A DNA stretch of 64,000 nucleotides from NCBI GenBank assembly GCA_014905635.1, contig JABVCE010000002.1, forward strand, positions 1,550,001 to 1,614,000. Reading direction: 5' to 3'. The translations under genes and the position numbers were made by a program. Numbering within the stretch: position 1 is the first letter of the stretch; each line of letters opens with the position of its first letter. Source of the stretch: Scenedesmus sp. PABB004. Its lineage: Eukaryota. The notes under the pieces were generated by a model that saw only the letters and a list, made by a program, of their open reading frames with translations, was not told where the DNA came from and did no database searches. Below are positions 13,201 through 33,290 of this stretch, in pieces.

Positions 13201-16200
13201 TGCCGTGCGGGCGGGCCAGCACGCCACACCGCCGGGGCGGCGCGCCGCCGGGGCGGCGGCCGTTGGCTGCGGCGCCGCGCTCGACGCACGCGCCGCGCCG
13301 CGCCGCGCTCTCGACGCAGGCGGCGCCGGCGCCGGGCGAGGTGCGGCTGCTGGACATGCTCGCGGCGACGATACAAAACCTCGCGAGCCACCCCGACAAC
13401 CGGACGCCCATGTACCGCGCCGAGCTGTCCGGCAGCACCGCGCTCGACCGCGTGCTCGAGGGCCCCGCCTCGCCGGAGCCCGCCGACACGGCGGCCGCGC
13501 TGCTCGCCAGCCGGCTGCGCGGCGGCGGCGGCGGCACTGTGCCGCGCGGCCGCGCGGGCTCGCTCGGCCCGCCGCAGCCGCAGCGCTGCACGTCGCCCGC
13601 GCTGCCCGGCGCGGCGCCCGCGCCGACTGGCGGCGGCGGCGCGGCGGGCGTGCTGGGCGCGAGCCTGGACAGCGCGCTGGGCGCGGCGGCCGTGCTGCGC
13701 CCCAAGGTCGTCTTCCCACCCATCTCCCGCGGCGGCGCCGCGCTGGGCGGCGGCGGGACTGGCGGCGGCGACGGGCTCCACCCGGGCAGCCTGCAGCCGG
13801 CCGCGGGCGGGCAGCTCAGCGGCGGCTGCGGGCCGCCGTCGCCGCCGGCGGGCGGCGGCGCGCCGCCGGGCCTCGTCGGCGGGCAGGGCTTCCGGCCGCC
13901 CGCGCTCGCGCCGCCGGGCACGGCGCACGGGCAGCGCGGCGGCGGCGCGCGCAGCGCCAAGAGCGCGCGCAGCGCCGCCGCGACGAGCGTCGCGGGCGTG
14001 CCCGGCAGCCCCAGCGGGGCGCCGCCCGACAGCCGCGAGCAGTTCATCATCTGGCTCGACAGCACCTTCCTGGAGCTGGGCGACCGCGCGCTCGCGTTCG
14101 GCGCGACGCCGTCGGGCCCCGCGCACGACCGGCGCAGCGCGCGGCGGCCGCTGTGGGACGACCGCGGCGACTGGCTGCAGCCCGAGCCCGAGTCGGCGAC
14201 CGCGCTGCAGCGCCTGCTCTGCCGCCCGCTGAAGCACCTGTGGCAGGACTCACCGGAGGCGCGCGCCCGCGCAGGTGCGGGCCGCGGCCGCTGGCCCGCC
14301 GCCGCAGCCGCCCAGGCGCCGCCCTCGGCGCTCCCAACACGCCGCCGCCGCCGGCGCCGCTGCCGTCGCCGCCGCCGTGGTGGCGCAGGCAACGCGCGCT
14401 GGTCGCCGGCGGTGAGCGAGTACCGTGAGGCGGCGCTGCGCTACCCGCTGCAGCACGCGGCGGAGGCCCTGCTCACCACGGCGGCGCCGGACGAGGCGTG
14501 CGACGTCGCGCAGGCCACCGCCCAGCTCGCCACGCTCGGCAGGCGCGCCGCACGGCCGCGCGGCAGCGGCGCGCACTCCTTGGGCGCTGCCGTGTGCTCA
14601 GTTGCTGCCTCGCGTCGTGCCGCGCAGGTGTGACGCCGGCGGCGGCATGACCCTGGAACGGCCGTGCACCGCCGACCGCGGCCGCGGGCGCGTGGCGATG
14701 ACCGTGCTGCAGCCGCCGGCGGGCGGCCAGGCCCCGTGGCCGCAGCAGCAGGAGCCAGCGGCGACGGCGCAGGCGGCGGCGCGCGGCAGCGCGGCGCCGC
14801 CGCGCGTGGCCCTGAAGGTGGTGCTGTCGCCGCAGCGGCCGCGCACGATCATAAGCTTTGAGAACCGGACCTTCAGCTCGAACGGCCCCGGCAGCCGCCC
14901 CACGCTCACGCTCTTCCCCCACACAGAGGGCGCCAAGGTCGCCACCCGCGCAGTGCCCCGCCGCGCGGCGCTGCGCGCGCCGCCCGCGCGCCGCCTCACG
15001 CCGCCGCGCACCGCGCCACGGGGCACTCGTGCGCAGGTGAGCGAGGGCCTGTTCACGTCCTACGCCCTGCCCAACGGCGGCGCAGCGTTCATGTACTTCA
15101 ACGCCGGCGCGGCGGCGGACGAGGCGGAGGTCGCCCCCGTCGCGCCGCCGCCGCGGCCGACGACGGTGCCGCTCGCGCTGCAGCAGTCAATGCCGCTCGG
15201 TGACGTGCTGTCGGTCATGGCGCGCCCGCCCGGCAGGTGCGGCGGCGGGGGCGGGGGGGGGGGGGGAGGATCGGCGGCGCGCCGGGCCGCTGGCGGGCCG
15301 AGCGGACAGGGGCGCGAGGCAGCTCGCTGCCCAGCGCGCAGTCGGGCAAGCCGCCACCCCTCCTCCCGCCCCCCGCCCCCGCGCCCGGCAGCGCGCCGCC
15401 TTTTGTGCCGTGGCGCCCGGTCCCGCGCCTCGTGCCCCTGCCGGGCAGGCACAGCCTGACCGTCTCGCGGCCCGAGGCGGCCGGCGACGCCGCGGCGTAC
15501 GGCGAGCTGCGCTCCGACAACCTGCAGCTCTCAATCACGGCCCAGGTCGGCGCCGCGCCGCGCCGCGCCGCGCCGCGCACGCCCCCCGCGCCGCCCGCGC
15601 CGGCCCCGCCTCACGCCGTGCTGCTGGCCGGCCGGCCGCGCAGGCGATCACGCGCAGCCAGACCACCACGACCGAGGAGAGCATCAGTCTCGTGGCGCCC
15701 GAGGCGCGCGAGCCCTGGGCGCTGCCTTCAAGCATCTTCAAGCCGCGCGCCAAGGAGGCCGACGCGCGCGCCTTCTATGACGGCGGCGCGGTGCGCGGCC
15801 GCGGGCACGCGCCCGGGGGCGCGCCGCGGGGGATCGGCCTCGCCGCCGCGCGCCGTGCTCCGCGGCTCCGCGGCTCGCCCCTCCACGCGCCGGGCCTTCC
15901 GCCCCGCCCCGTTGCCGGGTCGCCGCGCCGCCGCCAGACCATGGACCGCATGTTTGAGCGCGACTGGGCGCGCGCGTGCGCCAAGGAGAAGTTCACGTCC
16001 ATGCTGGCGCGCGAGAACAAGGGCAGCGCCGCCGGCAAGCCCGACAAGCAGGCGGTGGCCGAGGTGCACGACGTGCTGCGCCGCCACTACCAGGTGCGCC
16101 GGCGGGCGGGCGGGAGTGCGGGAGTGTTGGGTGAGGGCTGGTGCGCGGCCGCAAGGTGCCGGCCTCGCTCTCAACTCGCCCCGCGTGCTGCACGTGCTGT

Positions 16201-18138
16201 GCGTGCTGCGCGTGCTGTGCGCGTGCTGTGCGTGCTGCGCGTGCTGTGCGTGCCCCCAGGCGTTCTACTCCATCTTTGTGTTTTACGCCCAGCCCTTCCA
16301 CATGCCCCTCAACGCCTACTCCAGCCTGCTCGACGACGCGGGCATCCCCGACCCAGACAGCCTCAGCGTGAAGCGCAGCGACTGCGGTGCGCGCGCGCGC
16401 GCGCCTTTGCCCCCCTGCAGGGGGCCAGAAGCTGGCCCCCGCGCAGCCTCGGCCTGCAAACATGTCAAGCCCTGAGAACCCGCAGACCCTGAACCCTGAA
16501 CCTGCCCCCCTGCGCCCCCCGCCCCCCTCAGACACCATATTCATCATCAGCAACTTCCAGCCCGACAAGGCCAGCCCCGACGTCGCGGTGAACGACGAGC
16601 ACGCGATGATGCGCTTCGAGTTCATGGAGTGCGCCGTGCGCCTCGGTGCGCGCCATACCAGCACAGCCGCCGCGGCGGCAGCAGCAGAGGCCGCTGAGCG
16701 CGCCGCTCGCCGCCGCTCACCGCGCCACGCCACGCCGCGCCGCCGCTCGCCGCGCCGCCGCTCGCCGCGCCGCGCAGCGCTGGCCAAGTACGGCAAGGGG
16801 CAGTCGACCGACGACCTCGCGACCGCGGTGGAGCTGCTGTTCGAGCGCAACCTGCTCCCGCGTGCGCCGCCGCCCGCGCTGCTGGTGAGCAACGCCTTCC
16901 GCAGCGAGCGGCTGTACACAGAGGAGGTAGACCTGCTGCTCAAGCAGCACCAGGTGACCCTGGCACGGCACGGGCGGCACCAGAGCGGGCGCACGGCGCC
17001 GGCGGCTGGCCGCGCGCCACCAGGGCCGCGCCTCGCGCGCCGCGCGCGCCCGCGCGGCTCGCGCACCCGGCCGCGCCCCCCCTCCCCCCGCCGCCGCAGG
17101 GCCTGCTTCGTGCGCTGTACAGTCGGTACCGGCTCAAGCCCAACGGCGGCGGGCTGCGCCCCAAGGTGCTGCGCCTGGAGGGGTGGCTCGCGCTGATGGC
17201 CGACGCGCGGCTCGTGGACTCGCGGTTCACGCTCGCGGGTGCGACGCCCTCGCGCCGCGCCGGCCGCCTCGACGGCGGCGCCCGTCGCGAGCCGCGTGCG
17301 CGTCGGTCTGGCTGCCTGCCCCGCGCCTGCCCGCAGACGCCCAGCTCGCGTTCCTGTGGAGCCGGATGGCGGTGGTGGACGAGATCAAGGACTTTGGCCG
17401 GTGAGCCGCCAGCGGTCACAGCGGCAGGCCGCCCTGGGGGCCTCACGCGCTGCCGCCCAGCAGCAGGCCAGCGGTTGGTCGCTCACGCCCCGCTCCGCCA
17501 CACCCTGCCCTGTTCCGCCACACCCTGCCGCGCCGCGCCCCGCCGCGCCCCGCCAGCTACACGTGCCTGACCTTCGTCGACTTCCTGGAGGCGCTCGGCC
17601 GCGTGGCGGACGCCAAGAGCCTGCCCACCGCGAGCGACCTCGACGCCGTCGGTGCGCCGCGCGCCGCGTGTGCTGCGCGCGCCGCCCGCGGCCCCGCCGC
17701 CGCGTGCCCGGCTGCCTGAGCCCTGCGGCGGCCCCCGCCCGGCCCTGGCGCGCCACGCCAGGCTACCCCTCGATCCTGGAGTGGGCGCTGGACAAGGAGC
17801 GGCTGGAGGGCTCAAACGGCAACGCCGCGGGCGGCGGCGGCGCGCCGCCGAGCGCCGGCGCGGCGCCGCCCGCAACCGACGGCGCGGCTGGCGCCGCGGG
17901 CGCGGGCGCCGTGCCCGGCCTCGCGCTCCCCGTCGGCGGCGTGCCCGACATCTTCCGCTCGCGCCCGAGCGCGCGCTTTGGCGCCTCGAGCGGGCGCCCG
18001 CTGTACGCCAAGCTGGAGCTGCTGCTGGACCTCGTCTTCCGGCGCCTCTTCTGGGACCCCGGGCAGCCGGAGACGCCGTTCAACGCCGACGCGCTGCTGC
18101 GGCTGGTCAAGAAGGCGGACAAAGATTTGGGGCCTTGA
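7258..18138 (+). CDS. Very large armadillo/HEAT-like repeat protein with a globular-looking C-terminal region; function unknown
   Basis: About 31 exons join in frame from ATG 7258 to TGA 18136-18138 using GT/GC-AG introns. ARM-like helices include AAAVWGLAVNERCRALLL, VATGGIGRLLALL, AVGALGAMVDLLR and ALAALLNLSTWRANQ. The C-terminal block includes MRFEFMECAVRLALAKYGKG, SNAFRSERLYTEEVD and LTFVDFLEALGRVA. Confidence 0.75.
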
Positions 18139-18607
18139 ACCGCGGCGGGCAGCGTGCAGCGGGGGACGCGGACGGCGCGCGGCGGCTGCCGAGTGAGGGG
18201 GGCTGTCATGTCACCCGCGCGGGCGCAACTCGCCGCCGGGCCTCCGCCGCCGCCTCTCCCGCGCTAGCCAAAGCAAGGGCAATGAAATCACTCTCTCGGG
18301 CGGTGCGCTAGAATGAGGATCAACGGCTCGGCGTCACGCCGGCACGGGGCGCCTGGGCGCGTGTGAGTCCGAGGGCAGCGCACACATCCGCTCGCGCGGA
18401 CCACACACGCACGCGCACACGCCGACGCTACAAGCCTGCCTGCATGCCTGCCTCTCAGGTGGGGGTTCGAGGCCCGTCACTTCAGTCCTGCTGAAGTGTC
18501 CTCAGTCTCCAAGGCCGCTGCTGATGAGTTCGGGGGCGCACGGGCAAGCCCCTGCCCCCGTCCGCGCCAACAACACGCAGCGAAAGAACATGCGCCCGGC
18601 CGTGCGC

Positions 18608-27211
<8,604 letters not shown>

Positions 27212-27723
27212 GGCCACCGACGCGCGCCCTGCAGCGCTGTGGTCAGGCCCGGGTCGGCACGGGCATGGCAAGCGCGGGGAGGCGTGGCCGCGAAGCAGCA
27301 GCGGGTCGCGGAGACGGCGTGGGGCGCGTGGCTAGCCTCGCGGCGCCGGCGTTGTGGTGGGATGTTGTCGCGAGAACGGCGGCGCGAGCGGGGCGGGGCG
27401 TCTTGGGGCCACGCGTGGGCAGCGGAGCGGGCGGCTTGCTCCTGGTTTACGAGTCGGGACGCGAGACGGTGCTCCTCCACCACGCCCATAGCGAGAGCGC
27501 GATCACACGCGCCACACGCGCCACACGCGCCACACGCTTGCGCTGCTCCAGGTGCTGCCGCCGCTGCTCTGCAACCAATCACACCGCCTGCGCCTCCGTC
27601 CAGCGCCCCCGCGCGTCCCAGCGCCTGCACCCGCGCGCCGCTCGGACAGCGCACGCGCACCAGCGGCGCGGCGGCAGCGGCAGCAGCGGCGCCGGCGGCG
27701 GCAGCAGCGCCGGCGGCGCCGCG

Positions 27724-28684
27724 ATGGGCCGCGTGCGCAAGTCGCTGGTGCAGAAGCTGCTGCGCGCGGTGGACACGCCGCAGTTTGAGATGCCAAAGGC
27801 CTGGGCCGTGTTCAGCAGGCGCGCGACCGCGAGCGGCGCCGGTGCCGGTGCCGGCCGGCCGCGAGCGGCGCCGCTGCTCACGCGCCCGCTGCCGCCGGGC
27901 GCGCCTGCCGCCGCCGGTGCAGGTACCGCACCGCGGAGCTGTTCCTCAAGCACCCCGCGCCGCCGGTGGTGCGCTACAACGACGCGGCCGCGTACGCGGC
28001 GCTGCAGAAGCAGCACCCCACGGTGCGGCGCGCCCCAGGCGCGGGGCGGCGGCGGAGCGGCGGCGGGCGGCGTCGCGCGCGGCCGCGCGCGGCGCGCAGC
28101 TGCGCGGCGCGGGGAGGCGCGGAGCAGCGCGCGCGCCGACGCCGCTCGCGCCGCCGCCGTCGCTCGCGCCGCCGACGCCGCTCGCGCCGCCGCCGCCGGC
28201 CGCGCCGCCGCAGGTCAAGCTCGAGCCGCTGCGCATCAACTCGCGGCAGCCCTCGCTGGCGCGGCGGTTCGTGGACCAGCAGAACGCGGCGACGCGCGCC
28301 GCGCTCGCAGACGCGCGGCGCGGCGAGGGCGTGGCGGCGGGCGACGACGGCGCCGACCCTGCGCAGCGCCTCGCGCTCGCGCGCGCCGCGTTTGCCGACG
28401 TCGAGGAGCGCATGCGGCCGGAGCTGCACGCCGCGGGGTGCGCGCGCCAAAGGAGCCGCTCCTGGGGCGCGCCCGCCTCTGCGCCCGCCGCGCCGCCGCC
28501 CATCGCGCCCCCGCCCGCCGCGCCCCCGCCCACACGCGCCGCCGCCCACGCGCCGCCGCCCGTGCGCAGGCGGGAGAGCGCCGCTGGGGGCTACCTGGAG
28601 TTTATCCAGGAACAGGAGGAGGAGGCGCTGCGGGGGGCGCTCAAGAAGCTGCAGGACCAGCAGGCCGCGGCGGCGGCGAGCTGA
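27724..28684 (+). CDS. Probable mitochondrial small ribosomal subunit protein mS23 (Rsm25/MRPS23-like)
   Basis: 4 exons: MGRVRKSLVQKLLRAVDTPQFEMPKAWAVFSRYRTAELFLKHPAPPVVRYNDAAAYAALQKQHPTVKLEPLRINSRQPSLARRFVDQQ... The P-x-W, HP and ARRFV-Q pattern and the size recall mS23. Family call is from memory and tentative. Confidence 0.5.
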
Positions 28685-28695
28685 AGCGCGCAGTT

Positions 28696-28700
28696 TGTAA
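28696..28700 (+). terminator. TGTAA chlorophyte polyadenylation signal of the mS23-like gene
   Basis: TGTAA begins 12 nt after the stop codon; this is the established chlorophyte poly(A) signal. Confidence 0.5.
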
Positions 28701-28811
28701 CCGCCGCTGCCGCGTGCCCTCTTCAGCCGCCGACGCTCGTGCACACAGCGCGCACCATTGCCCTCGCACTGCGCGCCTCACGGGCCGCGATCAGCGCTGC
28801 GGCCACCACCC

Positions 28812-30885
28812 ATGGCGGATACGGCGCCGCTGCTCGGCGAGTCCGTCGTCGTCTGCTGCGGCGTGCCGGCCACGATCACCATCCACGACGACGGGTCGTT
28901 CACTTACAAGCCCCAGCAGGTCCCCCCTGCTGGAGTGGGCGCTGCAGCTGCGCGTGGCGCCGGCAGCGGCGCGGCGCGGCAGCACGGCCGCAACGCCCCC
29001 ACTCGCCCCCGCCGCGCCGCGCAGGCCCGGGCCCTGGCGCGCCGGTGCATGGCCTGGTGCGGCTGCTGCAGGCGTCCGCAGTACGATTCGCTGCACATAC
29101 CGGGCTGGCGCGTCGTCGGCGCCGCGCTGGACTCCCCGCTGTCATTCAGAGTCTGGCACTACGAGCCGCAGCAGCGCGGCGCGCCTGCGGCGCCGCACTT
29201 CCGCCTCGCCCGCACCGCACCGCTGCACGCTGCCAGCGGCAGCGAGGCGGCGGCGCTGGTGGAGCGCGTGCGCGCGGCCGCGGCGTGGCGCGGGCGGGAC
29301 AAGCCGCCCCGCGCCGTCGCCATCATCGCCGGCGGCGACCGCGGCAGGGCGGAGCGCGAGTTTGAGGCGCGCGCCGCGCCGGTGCTGGAGGACGCAGCGG
29401 GGCTGGCGCTGACGCGGCTGGTCAGCGAGGGCCCCGGGCACGCCGCGGCGCTGGCGGGCGAGCTCAACCTGGCGGCCGCCGACCTGCTGCTGCTGGTCGG
29501 CGGCGACGACACCGTGCAGGAGGCCATGCAGGCGGGCCGGGGCGCGCCGCGGGGCCGGGGAGCTGCGCCCGCTGGGAGCGGCGGGGGCCCCGCGCGCCCA
29601 CGCGCACGGCGTCGACGCCGCCGCCGCCGCCGCCGCCGGCGCCCGCCCCCTCGCGGCACCTGCCCGCCCCGCAGGGCCTGCTGGGGCGGCCCGACTGGGC
29701 GGCGGCGCGCCTGCTCCCGATCGCGCACGTGCCCTGCGGCGCCGGCGGCGGCGGCCTCGCGGCTGCGTGCGGCCTGCCCGATGCGGCCACCGCCGCCTGG
29801 GCCGCCGTGAAGGGCGAGGTGAGCCCGATGACCGTGGCCTCGCTGCTGCAGCCGCCCGGCAGGTGAGGCCGCGCCGCCGCATGGCTGACTGGGGTAGCTG
29901 GTGGCGCCGCGCGCGAGCGCGTGCCACGCCCTGGCCGCCCACCGGCCCGTTCGCTGCCGCTGCCCGCCCAGGCGGCGCTTCAGCTGCCTGGGGTCCTCCT
30001 TTGGCCTGCGCTGCGCGCTGGACCTGCTGGTGAGCTGCTGCCAGAGCGAGCCGCGCGCGGGGCTGGCGTGGAGGCCTCCGCCCCGGCCGGCGGCTGACTG
30101 GGCCCTGCCACCGCCGCGCCGTCGCACCACACAGCTCCCAGGCAGCCGGCTCGCCGCCGCGAGCATCGCCTGGCTGCCAGCGGAGCAGCAGGCCGCCGGC
30201 AGCAGCAGCGCGGCTGGCGCGGGCGCGGGCGCCGCGCCCTGGCCCAGCGGGCCGCCCGAGGTGCCGGGCGGTCATGACGTTGGCGGCGCTGCAGGCGCAG
30301 CGCGGCAGGCACAGCAGGGCCAGCAGGCGGAGCCAGCGGAGCCAGAGTTTGCGAGCCTGGACCACCTCCCGCCAGGTGCGTGCTGCGGCCCGTCCCGACC
30401 TGCTCCCCGGCCCGCCGGCGCAGCGAGCCGACGCCCGCCGCCCGTCGCCGTGCCACTGCCCGCCGCCAGGGCCCGACCTGCCGCTGCTGCGGCAGCTCGG
30501 CGGACTGCCGCTGGCGCTGCCGGACTCACCCAGCGCGCTCCCGCCAGGCTGGCAGCTGCAGCATGGACTGGCGCTCTGGCGGCTCGAGCCCCACCCGCGC
30601 GGCGAGCTGGCGGGCGGCGCCGCCTGCATGAGCTGGGCTGCCGGGCTGGCCGGGCTGCGCGGCCGGCTGGCGGCGCTGCGCCTGCGGGCGGCGGCCGCGC
30701 GGGGCGCGGAGCTCGGCCCGCCTTGCCGCCAGTTCGGCGTGCGCGCCGCGCTGCTCGTTCCGCGCGGCGGCAGCCTCGTGCTGGACGGCCAGGTCGTGTC
30801 GGCGGCGCCGCTGGCGCTCGAGGTGCACCCGGGGCTGCTGCGCGTGATCGTGCCGCCGGCGGCGCACGCGGGTGGAGCTTGCTGA
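28812..30885 (+). CDS. Sphingosine/ceramide kinase-like (DAGK catalytic domain) protein with degenerate catalytic motifs
   Basis: 5 exons. N-terminal extension, then SEGPGHAAALA, LLVGGDDTVQEAMQGLLGRPDW, LPIAHVPCGAGG, C-terminal VLDGQ and LEVHPGL. The layout matches sphingosine kinases, but GGDG, NPxSG, GSGN and DGE are all altered. Confidence 0.8.
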
Positions 30886-31024
30886 ACCGCCGAGCCCCGC
30901 TGAGCCCCGTTCGCACGACATTGGTGCCGTGAACTCGACCGCGCACTGAGCGAGGCGATTCGACCGTACACACACGCGCACGCACGCCAACACCTCTCAT
31001 CTGCCACAGCTCGCAGCTCGCAGG

Positions 31025-32525
31025 ATGGCGCTCGCGCAGGTCTGCGCCGCGGGGGTTGGCGGGTCATGGGCCGCCCTAGGGACGACCGCTCACGCGCTCG
31101 CTCCCGCGCGCCGCCGACGCAGCTCAAGGCCCGCGCCGCGTTCGGCAGCAGCGCCGCAGGTGGGCGGCGCGAGCGGCGCAGGCCTGCGGCCCACGGGCAG
31201 CGCGGCAGGAGCTGAGCGGTTGGGGGCGATCGGGGCCGGCGCTCACGGGGAGGCTGGGCGCTCACTGGCGCCGCGCCGCCTGCCGCTGCGCCGCCGCCAC
31301 ACGCGCCGCAGGCGCGCGCCCCCGCCGCGCCGCGCGCCTCGCCTGCCGCGCGAGCGCGCAGCAGCCCACCGGGCCCAGCCTGCTCCAGCGCGCGGCGGCG
31401 CTGGCGGCTGCTGGCGTGATGGCGGCGAGCGGGTGCGCGCCCGCGCGGCGCTCGCCCGCTACCCGCTGCCCCAGCGGCGGGCGTGAGCAGCGGCGGGGCA
31501 GCGGCCCGACGCCCGCCCGCGCGCCGCGGCCGCCGCAGCCCCGCGCTGGCCGCTGAGGAGGGCCGGCTGCTGTGCGACGCGGCGTGCGCGGCCAAGCTCG
31601 AGGCGGCGGCGGGCGTGACGACGCCGAGCGGGCTGACCTACAAAGACATCACCCCTGGCACCGGCCCCGCGCCCATCACCGGCTACCAGGTGCCGCGCGC
31701 GTGGGCGGCACGCCCGCGGGCCCGCCGGCCGCCGCGCCGCCGCCGCGGGGCCGCTGGCGCCGGCCTGCCGGCGCGCTCACGTCGGCCCGCCGCCGCGCTG
31801 GCGCGTGCGTCACCGGCCAGGTGGTGGTGAACTACGTGGCCATGACCCCGGAGGGGCGGGTGTTTGAGAACAGCCTGGAGAAGCAACCCTTTGACATCCG
31901 CGTGGGCGCGGGCCAGGCGCGGCGCGGCGCGGCGCGCGGCGCGGCCGCCGCGCAGCGCGGCGCGGCGCGCGCCCCGCCGCCGGCGCCAGGGGCGAGCGAG
32001 AGAGAGCGCGCGCGCTGTGGCTCCGCGCGCACGCGCTCGCGCGCGCGCACCCCAGCCGCAGCCCCACCCTCTGCGGCCCCTGTGCCGCGCGCCGCCGCCA
32101 GGTCATCCCCGGCCTGGACGAGGGCCTGGCCAGCATGCGCGTCGGCGGCGTGCGCCGGCTCTACATCCCCGGCCCCCTCGCCTTCCCCAAGCCCCTCAAG
32201 GCCGCGCCGGGGCGGTGCGCCGCGCGGCGGCGGCGGCGGCGGCGCCGGCGGCGTGGCGGCGGCGGCGGCGGCGGCGCGGCGCCGGCGGCGGCGGCGGCGT
32301 GCCCGCGGCCGACCGCGCGCCGCGCCGCGCCGCGCGCGCAGGCCGACGGTGCCCGCGAGCTCGCCGGTCGTGTTTGACGTGCAGCTGCTTTACATTCCCG
32401 GTGGGTGGGCCGCGCGGGCTCGCGCGGCGCGGCGCGGCGCGGCCTCCCGGCCGGCCACCAGCGCGCCGCCGCCGCCGCCGCCGCCGCCGGTGCCCCGCCG
32501 CGCAGGCCTGGAGGCCGACGAGTAG
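31025..32525 (+). CDS. FKBP16-3: Thylakoid-lumen FKBP-type peptidyl-prolyl isomerase, FKBP16-3-like
   Basis: 8 exons. Bipartite transit peptide ending PALA-AEE, then TPSGLTYKDI, GYQVVVNYVAMTPEGRVF, VGAGQVIPGLDEGL, RRLYIPGPLAFPK, APGRP..SPVVFDVQLLYIPGL. Confidence 0.88.
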
Positions 32526-33290
32526 GTGGCGTCGAAGCGGCGCCGCCCGGGAGCGCGCGCGGCACAGTTTTGGGGACGCGCGACGCGCAGAGAGCAACTG
32601 AACTCTGGTGAACCTGCTGCCGCGCATGATTGACCGCCGCAGACGCCGCGGTGGCAAAGCCCCGCGCCCTGCAGCACCCCGAGCGTGTCCCGCGCGAGCC
32701 TCGCGTGCGCAGCTGCCGCCGCATCGCTGCCCCCGTCCCATTGCGGCCGCGCCTCGCGCCGCCGCGCCCGCTGCCCGTCGGCCGAGAAGCGCGCGGCTGG
32801 CGGTGGCGGCTGACCTGCCGGCGGTTGGCAAACTCGTGACCGTTACCCAGACAAGGCACCAGGAAGACACGTCGGCGCGATCGCCGCAGATAAAAGCTCC
32901 GTTTATTCCGTCCGCGTTATTCTCGTCGATTATTCAGCTGCGCAGCGACACGCAAGCAGGCGCGCCAGGTGCAGGGCTGGAAAACTTGCGCGGGGCGGGG
33001 CCCCGCAGCAACAGCCGAGGTCCCAGGGCGGCGCGCCGCACAAAAGCGCAGGCAGCATGGTGATGGGCGCGGCCGCCGACTCAAGCGCGCCGCTGCTTCT
33101 TGCTCAACGCGCAAGGCAGATTCACGCCACAACCCCGGCAGCGGCCCCCGCTGCGTCCCGGTTTGAGTTTTTGTTGGTCGATGGTCGACGGTGCACACCA
33201 AGTCGATGAACAGCGCAAGTGTCGGCGGCATGCCCCGCCGCTGCTCGCTTGTTGGGCGACATGAAAAAACAAGGGGAGGAGGAGCACACG

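Noticed and set aside
18455..18500. GGTTCGA tRNA T-loop/B-box-like word and a short CACTTCAG/CTGAAGTG hairpin
   Set aside because: No cloverleaf or A-box can be built around it; it lies between two convergent stops, probably in 3' UTR.
30885..31025. Possible bicistronic transcripts where co-oriented genes are close and lack TGTAA (also 47689-48010, 49794-50194, 36731-37066)
   Set aside because: Most genes in this window lack a perfect TGTAA, so its absence is uninformative. Long-read cDNA would be needed.
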